A DNA stretch of 49,169 bases from Ministeria vibrans ATCC 50519 (lineage: Eukaryota > Protista > Filasterea): NCBI GenBank assembly GCA_943704425.1, contig CALSCP010000335.1, positions 1-49,169 of the forward strand, given 5' to 3'. A model generated the notes under the pieces. That model had not been told where the DNA came from, did no database searches, and saw only the letters and a list, made by a program, of their open reading frames with translations. A program made the translations under genes and the position numbers. Shown here in pieces: positions 16,431 to 26,124 of this stretch (its first letter is position 1; each line of letters starts with the position of its first letter).

Positions 16431-17022
16431 ATGTCTTTCAACTTCGCCGTCGCGTCCATCCCTGCTGCCCTCTTCCTGGTGTACGTTCCCCATGTGCTTC
16501 GTCACCTCCGCTACTTCTCAGCCTTTGGTACGATTGAGACTCGTTTTGTTTTGCGGCGCAAACCCCACAGACGACTCTAAATGCGATCGTTTGCGCAGGC
16601 AAGCTGGTCAACAACACGAACCCGCGCCGGGGATTTGATGCGGACGCCAACCCGGCGCTCAAGGACGAGAAGAAGAAGGTAAGCGCGCACACTCTATTTT
16701 GGCCATTGAGTGGTCCCCTCTCACCCTAACCCCTTTCCTTTTGCAGCAAGAGGCGCGCATGATTGCCCAGTGCAGCTCGTGCCACGCCAACAGCTGGGAG
16801 GCCTTTAGCATGTACTCGGCCGGCATGATCCTGTCGCTGACCACCTCCAACAGCATTGCGAGTGCCGACCGTGAGTTCCTCGCTAAGCTCTTCCTTGCCG
16901 CTCGCGTTCTCTACACCCTCATCTTCTGCTACACCAGCTCCCAGCCGATGGCCGCTCTCCGCTCTCTCCTTTTCGGCGTGGGTGCGTACGCCTCCGTCGC
17001 GCTCATGCTGCATGCAATGTAA
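16431..17022 (+). CDS. MAPEG family membrane protein (two introns)
   Basis: NNTNPRR, CHANSWEAF, FLAARVLY and LRSLLF with hydrophobic helices. Confidence 0.8.
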
Positions 17023-17280
17023 ACGAACCAGATTGTGTGTGTGTGTGTGTGTGTGTGAATGCACGATGGACATTAGCATAGCACACAGGGACAGGAAGCA
17101 GTGGCTCTCTCTATTATGTTTACTTTCCTCTCTTCCTTCTTGCTCTACATCTTTGGGAATTCGTGCTTTTAGAGTTCTCTTACGCTTGATCGTCAGAATA
17201 TTTATTTTCGTCAAGTGAGTCTGTACATTTATTCGATAATTAACCACAACAAATCAACAATAATATCAATCAAAATATCG

Positions 17281-19789
17281 ATGAGACCAACGGCAACTCC
17301 TGTGCTCCTTCTCGTTGCAGTGTGTGCTGTGACTGCGACATATGCTGCCCCACCCTTGAGAGACGCATTTCTGGTCCGTGCCAAGAGTTATCTTGCACAA
17401 ACGGCGCAAGACCCGTCGCAGTCTGGAGCCTTTGCAGACTTGGCTCGGGCTGCGACCGGCCTGGGAGGACCTTTAAATGGCTCGGACCTTGAGTCTGCAG
17501 CACAGAAAATGGTGAAAACAAAGGGATAGAGACGAAAGGAGTTGTTTTTTTTTAAAAAAAACTGTGTGTGAAACAACAAACTCACTCACTCGCACACACA
17601 CACACTCTCTCTCACAGAACGAACGAGTGGACTGCTCGGACTTTGCAACGGCGGCCATGACGCACCTTCTCATTTCGTACGGCGACAGCCCACAGCTGTC
17701 GGCGTCGCTTGCGCGCACAGTGGAGAGTGCGCTTGTGCAGTGGCAGTACTGGATTGACCAGGCCAACGGCTTCCAGGGCAACATGATGTTCTGGACGGAG
17801 AACCACCAGTTCAACTTTCACACAGCCGAGTACTTGGCGGGCTCGTACTTTGCGCGTCGCAACGGCAGCGCTTTTGTGTTTCCCGGCACAAACATGACGG
17901 CGAGTGCGCATCTTGCTCATGGACGCGCACAAGTCGATTTGTGGATGTCGCGTCGCTTCTTGTGGGGTTTCAGCGAGTGGAAGAGTGAAACATACATGCA
18001 ATTTGACATTACGGCACTTGCGACGCTCGCGACCATTGCGCCGGACTCTCTCATCCGCACTCGCGCCCAAATGGTTCTCGACCTCATTCTCTTCGACGTG
18101 TCCATCCACGCCCACAAGGGAATGATTGCTTCGTCCCGCGGGCGCTCTTATGGCCACAACAAGTTTAACATTGCCAGTCAGGTACACAGAGAGACAGAAA
18201 GAGAGGAAGAGCGAACGAGTGAGTGAGAACACCCCCCTTTTCTGTTTCTTTTTGCAGGCAGTGTCGACAACCGTGCAAATGCTGAGTGGAATGGAAGGAC
18301 ATTCGTCGCTGGGAAGCAATGCAGCTGTGTCGCTTGCCATTGCTGCGGTGACGGGTGCGTATACAGTACCTGAAGCGATTCTGAGAGTGGCGCAGGAGCG
18401 ACCGGACGCACTGGAGAACCGCGAGCGCATAGGCGTAGGACCCAGCGAGGGAGCGGAGGTGCTTGGGGCGGGGAATCTGACGCTGAGCACTGCCGAGGAT
18501 GGCATTGCGTGGTTTGGCTTCCAGGGCTATGCGCACCCGCTGACGGTCGAGTTGGGCATCACAATGGGTCAACAGTGGTCTCTCTTCGACTCCAACGAGA
18601 CCATCTTTCGCTACTACCAGCTCGCCATTCCCCTTCGCGATCTGGGGCTGCTCAAGCCCCTTGCTCAGGCGCTCAAGCCACTGTCTACATCTCTCATTGC
18701 TCCCTCTTCAAGGTATAACGATCTGTCTTTGAAGCGGAGCCCACCTAAAATCGTTCTTTGATTAGCTACATCTATCGAACGCCAGACGTTACACTGGCGA
18801 GTGCGCTTGACTTCAAAAAGGGCGTGGTGGGGTTCCAGCAGCACGCATGGCAAGCGACGTTAAATGGCACCGTGGTGGTGTTCACGACGGCACCCGGACC
18901 CAATGTGGATGTGCAGGTCGAGCGGAGGCGCACGGCCGCTGTGGTGGAGCGCGTGGTGCGCGAGACATTGGAAGGGCAGAAGGGAGATGTGGGTCGAGAG
19001 GTGCATGTGGATGAAGTAGTGGCGTGTGCCGTGGCGTTTGTGGAAGGCATGGATGAGTGGCGCAAGGCAAGCAGTGTGCGCGAAGGGCGTGCACTTGGCG
19101 ATGCCAACACGGATGACTATGCCGACGGCACGTGGACTGGCTCGGCGTCAATGCCGCGTGTGGGTCAGACGCAGGATGTTGCTATTGTGATGTACCAGCC
19201 GCCTTGGCTGGGTGAGCCGCGTCTTCTTTTTCCGCACAAAACACACGCGTACTTTCCACTTGATCTGTTTGACGAGACGCGCGACGCGCTTGCCGAGTCG
19301 CACTGGATCTTTGGACGGCAGGCCCGTGGCTATGTGGGGCTCTTTGTGAGCGCAAGCAATGTGTCTTTCAATGCCAATGCGAGCGACTTCTTTTTTCGTC
19401 GCGAGCTCATTGCGACCACGCACAACATTGGCGAGCACATCGTCTATGTGGCGGTGATTGGCCGCGAGGCAACTCATGGCTCCTTTGCCAATTTCACGTC
19501 GACTCTGCTTGCCGCCGATGTGCACATGCCATCACTGCTGGACAAGCGGCAAGTGCGCATCACGTGGAAGGGGAGCGGCAGGAGCATTTCGTTTGGTTGG
19601 GATGACCCTCTGACGGTGGTGGACAGGACGGGCATGCCGGCACGCACAGTACCACTCGTCGTGCACAATCGCTTTGAAAACAAGTATGTGCAGTCGCCCT
19701 TTCCCGCGCGCAATCTCACCATTGCAGCGGGGGATGCGGGCAGTGTTTTTATGGACTATGGGGCTGGGACAAGAGTTTTACATGAATAA
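17281..19789 (+). CDS. Secreted uncharacterised protein of a mainly bacterial family (alpha-toroid/lyase-like), 3 introns
   Basis: Signal peptide, then RVDCSDF, FWTENHQ..HTAEYLAG, GFSEWKSETY, SRGRSY, YRTPD, QQHAWQATL, WTGSASMPRVGQ and THAYFP. Exons join in frame at GT-AG sites. Confidence 0.7.
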
Positions 19790-19977
19790 ATAAAAAAATT
19801 AAAACGTCTTAATGATAGTATATTAATAAAAATAATCAGAATACTGATATTATTATTATTATGATTATTATTATAATATTATTATTATTATTTTTATAAT
19901 GATTATTAGCGGTTGAGAAAAAAAACTGAAAGGCACGAATTGAAGATACGAGTCAGGAACATGAACCAAAAAAGTAC

Positions 19978-19986
19978 AAAAAAAAA
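19978..19986 (-). terminator. Pol III-type T9 terminator after the tRNA 5' half
   Basis: Nine T on the minus strand beginning 2 nt after G37. Confidence 0.6.
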
Positions 19987-19988
19987 CA

Positions 19989-20105
19989 CCGGAGGGCAGC
20001 GCCTTATCCATTGGGCCATGGTCGCTGACAACAAACGGAAAGCGGCCACTGGGACTCGAACCCGTTACTTTTCAAAAAAGACGTTCTGAAAAAGAGTCTC
20101 TGCCT
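19989..20105 (-). tRNA. Circularly permuted, intron-containing tRNA-Arg(CCG)
   Basis: Minus strand order: 3' half (20105-20093 + 20063-20041, with a 29-nt intron at 20092-20064), a 15-nt linker, the 5' half (20025-19989), then TG-T9. Joined: GCGACCA UG GCCC AAUGGAUA AGGC G CUGCC CU CCG GA GGCAG AGACU CUGGG UUCGAGU CCCAG UGGCCGC U (73 nt). Anticodon and T stems are perfect and the acceptor stem has 6/7 pairs. Confidence 0.85.
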
Positions 20106-20135
20106 CACTCGAGGGGGCAAATTCCCTTAAAATGG

Positions 20136-20142
20136 TATATAA
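20136..20142 (-). promoter_or_regulatory. Putative TATA element upstream of the permuted tRNA
   Basis: TTATATA about 31-37 nt upstream of the first tRNA nucleotide (A38). Confidence 0.35.
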
Positions 20143-20484
20143 CGGTATTTTGATATCCAAATGCTTTTTCTTAGCTGTACCGTCAGGACAAAGAGGACAG
20201 TATGCTTATACAACTAATGCCGGTGCCCTTTGGAAATGCCCGCGTGCTATTCGCCACATTAATTTTGCCTTTTTTGTTTTGAATTTTTTCTTTGTTGCAT
20301 CATCTTCTACTCCGTAGGCGGTGGCGGAGTAAAAGTATGAACTACAGGTCTACAGAGCAATCCACGGGAAAGGGTTCCACCTTATTCTTTATTTTTCAGT
20401 TTCGATCTGACAAAGAAAGCCATGAACCAAAAATCATTAAAATGATTAAATCAAATAGACTTACTTACTTTTGAACTTTGAGGC

Positions 20485-21364
20485 ATGTCACGTGAACGCC
20501 TGGAACTGGGCTCACCAAGTACACGACGAAGTTGAATCCGAAGTATTTTGAGCTGACGGTTTAAAACACATTGGTTACAGAAAAGTCTGACTTACTGATT
20601 GTGTCGCGGAACACGCTGGGTGACGAGGACGGTGACGCCGACAGCCCTGCTGCGGACCACGAGACCGTCGTTACGTCTCGCGTTGCACCTGTTGTAAAGC
20701 AAAAGCCTGTCATGGGCCCAGTCGGGCCAAGTGCGCGTAAGACGCGAAAGCAGCGACAATGAGTTGCTCTCTTCTGTCTACCAACTGACATGGTTTTCAT
20801 GGCACTCTGTTTTTTTGATTGGCACCTGCATGATTGATAGTTCTACAGACGGCGGCGTCCTTTCTGGAGCGTCTTGCGACTGACAATGCAGCACTTGAGC
20901 GGGAAATGCAGGATCCTGAAGTGAGGAAGCGACGGACCATTGACATTGTGTGTACAGGAGAGGGGAGCGACGGCGATGGGGATAATGATGGAGAAGAAGA
21001 CGGAGAAGAAGACGGAGAAGAAGGGACGGGAGATGGGAAGGAGAAGGGGAGTGTGAGCGGTGCAATGGATACGGTATGGTTTGAGTCATTTCTGCGGCGA
21101 CAAGTCGGACGCTGACTTTTTGTTGATGTGGTTTTCTTTTACTTCTCCAGAGCGGAGATGGCGAGGACAAGCGAGTGATTGAAATGGTAATATTGTTATT
21201 TTTGTTATTTGCTCTGTCTCTTATTGTTTTTCATCAACTGACCTGGCACGTAGAATCTCATGTTGGGTGTGATGGAAACCGTTGCACCGGTGACAGAAGA
21301 GACTTTGCGGCTACAAAAAGATCAGGGTGAAAAGGATAAAAGAAAGCTCATCGAGGAGATGTAA
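20485..21364 (+). CDS. NOPCHAP1/DUF4598-like protein (multi-exon)
   Basis: LLQTAASFLERLATDNAALEREM, an acidic loop, RVIEM|NLMLGVME and C-terminal KRKLIEEM. Confidence 0.65.
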
Positions 21365-21686
21365 AGCCTGTAAAATAATATTTGAGCTGATTCATGTACG
21401 AGGAGATGGAGATGGTGGCGACACTTGTGGGTGGTGACATTTGTATTGGGTACAGACTACAGACACTAGTCAATACGGAGTGCTCAGTACTGAGTACAGA
21501 GGGGTTGACTCTCCGCACTCTGTGGGAATGACTAAACTAGTAGCGTTAGTTAGTATGTCAGATATCAACTTGTATTGCATTGAAACTTGAGTTTCAACTT
21601 TCACTTCATGAATTCATGTCTCATGATTCAGTAATGAGTAATTTCAGTTCGTTTTACAACTTGGCAGTATATCGACGCGCGCCCGT

Positions 21687-22597
21687 ATGGGCAAGGTATC
21701 ACACTTGCCTGTGTGTCAATTCATAATGTATCAACTCTCCTTTTTTGCGTTGCAGAAAAAGTCAAGAAAGCGTCGCGCGAACAGTGAGGTCTCGTCCGTC
21801 CCCTCTGAGGTCAGCGTTGGGCGCGGCCTCATGAACACCGTGCCCGTCTCGTTTACATGGCGTCACTGGAAGATCCAGCCCGACGCGGTCCGCCTTGCCT
21901 TCCACCGCGCCGCACAAATCGGCGACGACACCATTTCCGAAAAGGTCATTCTTCATAATAATATTATACAAATACGATACAGTGTACATGGGGTGTTGTA
22001 TGTACGCCTGGAGTGGTAGCACATACGACTCGTTTGTGCTCATTTGCTGTGATTCGCGACATTCACCACTCCAACACTCACAACATAATAATAATAATAA
22101 TAATAATATTGTTGTGTTTGTGTGTAGTCGGCCATTTCAATGATCCCCGTCGAAGGCGACCAGTATGCCGTCACACTCAACCTTCCTCCTGGAATCTACC
22201 ACTATCTCTTTCTTGTCGATGGCGAATGGATGTACGTCGATGAAAAGAAAAGACGAAAGTCCCTCTGTCGTTTGTCTCACTGTACCAATGATGTTCATCT
22301 CAGGCAAATGGACGATCAGCCACGCACGCACACAGCATCGGGGCGTCCTGTAAACTATGTTGAAGTGCTCAATCAGGACGAGAAGAGGCACAGGCAAAAG
22401 GCGTCGTGTACTTTCACACTTCTCATCACAATCACCTCACGCACGACTCATGCACTCATACTGTATTTGTAGATGGAATTGAGTCGCTGGAGAACACACC
22501 GCTGCTGTCGGATGTTGATGCGCACGGGGCGACCGCACAGGGCATTGTGACAGAGCCCACTCCCGCTCCTTGCTGTGCCTGCTGTACCATCCTATGA
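21687..22597 (+). CDS. CBM48/AMPK-beta-type glycogen-binding domain protein with C-terminal CaaX (multi-exon)
   Basis: VPVSFTW...YAVTLNLPPGIYHYLFLVDGEW..D..P.....G..VNYVEV. Begins MGK|KKSRKRR and ends CCACCTIL*. Confidence 0.7.
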
Positions 22598-23475
22598 TTA
22601 TTACACACGCAAGTTGAACTGTACAACATTTGAGCCATCAATTTAGAATTGAAGATCCGCACAGACAGCAACAAGTCCAACACTCACAGACCACAGTCCA
22701 CACTCCACAGCAGAATGAAGATATCCCACCCAATGCAATTTGCAATGCGAAGGTATTTCGCATTAATGGCAACTGCTGTGCAACACGTTTCGCTTTTCAG
22801 TGAGTGGTGTTGACACCTCTCGTGTGCTCAAGTGCCTTCGCCTGTCTCTCTTGCAAGTACACCCCGCTCGCTGCGCCGTGTACACTCATATCAATACCGA
22901 CTATTCTCCCGCTTCCATTTCTGACTAGCTTTGCTTCTGAGACGCGACAGAGAAGCTCAATAGTCAATGGAATTCGCTTTTTTTTTTTTTTTTTGGATCA
23001 CATCGAAGATTCACAACGAGTCAACACGACCGCAGCAGGCGTCGCGCTGAGGCCACTGGGTCCGAGTCTCCGAGAGGGTCGGTATCGACCCGTCCGTGCC
23101 GAAGCTGCCGATGGACTCCGATGCTTCTGGTCAACACTGGGGGACACAGAAGAACAGGAGAAATAAAAAGAAAAACGAGGCGCAAAAGAAGACGTTCGCT
23201 TATTTTATTTTTCTTTCTGCCCGAAAACACGTAGAAGCGCAGAGAGAGGCGCCGGGACAACCGTGACACAGTATATGACAGCGGACATAAAGCAGGGAAT
23301 GAATAGGCAGCAAGAGTAGACACAGGAAGGCGGGAGGGTGACACATCGGAGGGGGCTTCGCGCGACCAAACTTTCGGGAGTTGACCATATCAAACGATTC
23401 AAACCACTCAATTCTCTTTCCTTACGCTTTTTCTGGCCGATCGCCCCCAAGCACAATAGTGGCATACACTGAATA

Positions 23476-24672
23476 ATGGCTGATACTCTAGCTGAAGCGG
23501 CAAAGAGCTCTCCTATCGCCTTGTCAGGCGTGAACTTTTTTGTTCACCTCACCAACTCTCACCTTCAAAGCGCCCCCGCGACTTCTGTGCATCTCCACGG
23601 ACCACATACGTCTGGAGAAGTCACTGATGAAGCCCGGATGCTTCTCCAATCGACGCCGGTCGTCGACGGGAGCTCGGACGAAGACGAATCGACAAACACA
23701 CGAAACCACTCTGCAAACACAGGCGCAGGCGCCTCCAGCAGCGACACTCCCGCCAACACCCCCGCCAAAATATGTCACTTGCCTTGTAACGAAATGGACG
23801 GCACTGACAGGCCGTCTTCTGCCTCGGCCCAATCAGCTCCGACTTATCCGAATTTCTTCTCTCGAACCACACCCACAGAGACCTCACCACCACATGATAC
23901 AGCCGCCATCACGCCTACCGTATGGTATATGGGGAATGGCATGCACTCACTCACCATAACCAACGCCGCGCCGGACGCCCTTACCAACTTATTTGCCAGT
24001 CAACCACGAAAAAAGGCCAGTCGAAAAACTCGTCCAAATGAGTTCGACACCGATACCAATATTGCACTCTGTACGGCGGCCTTTCGTGGAGATGCCGCCG
24101 AAGTCAAGCACATCCTCATATTGTGCCCGACCATACATGTGTCCCAACAGGTCCTGTACAACGCCTGTCGCGCCGGCCAGTTTGCAGTTGCGTACCTGCT
24201 CATTCGACACGGTCGAGTCAAAGCCGACCAACGTGCACTGCTCCTTGCCTGCGGCGGCCCTTGCGCAAAATGTGTCGCGCTCATGGCAGAGGATCAACGT
24301 CCAACCAACGCGTGTTTGCTCGCCGCCCTGGAGAGCCAGGCCGACTCGGTGATGCGCTTTCTCCTGTATCATCCTCGTCTGTGCGCTCGCAAACGCACCA
24401 TCTTCGAATGTTCGGTCAACATGCTCGCACGCTCACGTCTCACGCCGTACCTCCACGCCGGCGGCCACCTCTCGCCTCGCCGGCTCTTCCACGCTCACGA
24501 ATACGCCTTGCACGAGATCGCAAAGACGCTGCAGTCGTGTCACGAACTGCGTCTCCTTCGCGCCGCCACCAAAGCCAGCCTCCACAGACTCCTCACTTCG
24601 CCCGTCCCTCACTATGCCCTGCATGCCTGTAAGCAGGGCCCCGCCCATCGCGCCACGTCGAACCGTGCCTAA
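23476..24672 (+). CDS. Hypothetical protein with degenerate ankyrin-like repeats
   Basis: 398-aa intronless ORF with ALCTAAFRGDAAEVKHIL, LYNACRAGQFAVAYLLIRHG and ALLLACGG..KCVALM. Confidence 0.65.
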   Translation: MADTLAEAAKSSPIALSGVNFFVHLTNSHLQSAPATSVHLHGPHTSGEVTDEARMLLQSTPVVDGSSDEDESTNTRNHSANTGAGASSSDTPANTPAKICHLPCNEMDGTDRPSSASAQSAPTYPNFFSRTTPTETSPPHDTAAITPTVWYMGNGMHSLTITNAAPDALTNLFASQPRKKASRKTRPNEFDTDTNIALCTAAFRGDAAEVKHILILCPTIHVSQQVLYNACRAGQFAVAYLLIRHGRVKADQRALLLACGGPCAKCVALMAEDQRPTNACLLAALESQADSVMRFLLYHPRLCARKRTIFECSVNMLARSRLTPYLHAGGHLSPRRLFHAHEYALHEIAKTLQSCHELRLLRAATKASLHRLLTSPVPHYALHACKQGPAHRATSNRA

Positions 24673-26124
24673 ATACACAACGGTTGCATGTTTTTTACTT
24701 TTGAGTCAACACCCAGAAAATAGCATTGACGAAATTCACGAAATAGCGAAATAGCGCGACAAACGGCTTCATATGCCGCACTAGAAATCAACCCCGCACA
24801 ATATCCGACTGACTAGCAGCGTTTCCTCCCTCAAGAAAGCAGTGCTCTGTCGCTCGTGAGTTTTGAAGCAATTTTTTTTTCTTCCCTCTCTAACAAGACA
24901 TGGGTACGAAACGACACGCCTTCGAACGGGGAAGCTATGCTCAACACAAACAATCCCATTGGCGGGCAGAGACGAGCGGTGCAACGCAGGGCTTTGCGTG
25001 CGCTCGAACTTCGCGCGAGAGCGAGAGAAAAAAAAAACTCACATAAGCGACACGACATTCGTATACGCGAAGGACGCTATCTGGTGCACAGTGGTCGGCA
25101 ATTGTAACCATGCTCGTCACAGTAACGGCGTCGATTGCTCCTCTTTCGGTGGGGGGAGAAAACGCTTTCGCTTTTTTTTTCTTTTTTTTTCTCTTTTTCT
25201 CGTGTTTTCACAATAATAACCCCATGCCACGCCAGATAAAAGACACCATATGATTTATTGGCCTCTATTTATCAAGCATAGAGAAGTAGAGCAGGGTAGT
25301 ACCGTGAGATTTTTGGGGGGGGAAGAATAAAATATAAAATATTATGACGAAAAAAATTAAAATTAAAAATATGATAATTATAAGAACTATAAAATTAAAA
25401 TAATTACTAATAATAAATGGAGAAGTGTCTCTTTTCGTCTGTAGTTTGTATTCATAAATTATATTCACATAATATTATATCAATCAATAATCATTGGAAT
25501 AAATGGCATTTCGAGTTCATATCGAGAAATCAATTATAGTTGTACTTCCGTGGTACTTCATACATTGTATGAATGGTGTCAGGCGCCACGCAAAGAGTGG
25601 CCGTTGAAGACACATCACACATGTACAGTGAAAATTAGCCAGACCTGCAGACCGTCTTGCAAACTCAACCAAAACTCCTTAGAGCCTCGAGGAGACAAGA
25701 TAATTAATAATAATATTATAATGATTATAAAGAAGTGTCAAGCAAAACCGCACAGGTTTGTCCCTTCCAGCCAGTTGCATGCGACATTCGCAAAAAAGCA
25801 ATTACAAGGACCGGGCTAAGACCCAAGAGCAAGATGAGTTATTCATGGGTAAGCATTAAGCCCGACCATTTTACCTTCATAGACTATCGTGGCTATTTCT
25901 TGCGTTGTCATACGAAAAGTCTGAGGGGGAATCGGATCTGGTATTGTGTTCACTGTTTGCTCTTCACGGACTCCAGCAGGCAAGTGAAAGACAACTGAAA
26001 CAATCAGACGTGAGACGAGGCTTCCGAGAGCCTGCCAAACCCCGTTGAATATACGTATATACCAATTGCTTGATAGTTTATAAACAATGGGCAATATTAC
26101 ATTTTTCTCTTTTTCACAAAAATA

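Noticed and set aside
20041-20065. Isolated B-box or tRNA-derived SINE interpretation of GGTTCGAGTCCC
   Set aside because: A complementary 5' half lies 15 nt downstream and all four arms reconstruct, which fits a permuted tRNA better.
21476-21525. Possible structured ncRNA (GAGTGC...GCACTC with inner stems)
   Set aside because: Too short, with no family motif or independent support.
25220-25322. Sm-site-like GATTTTTGG with a nearby hairpin
   Set aside because: No match to conserved snRNA elements; likely chance in AT-rich DNA.
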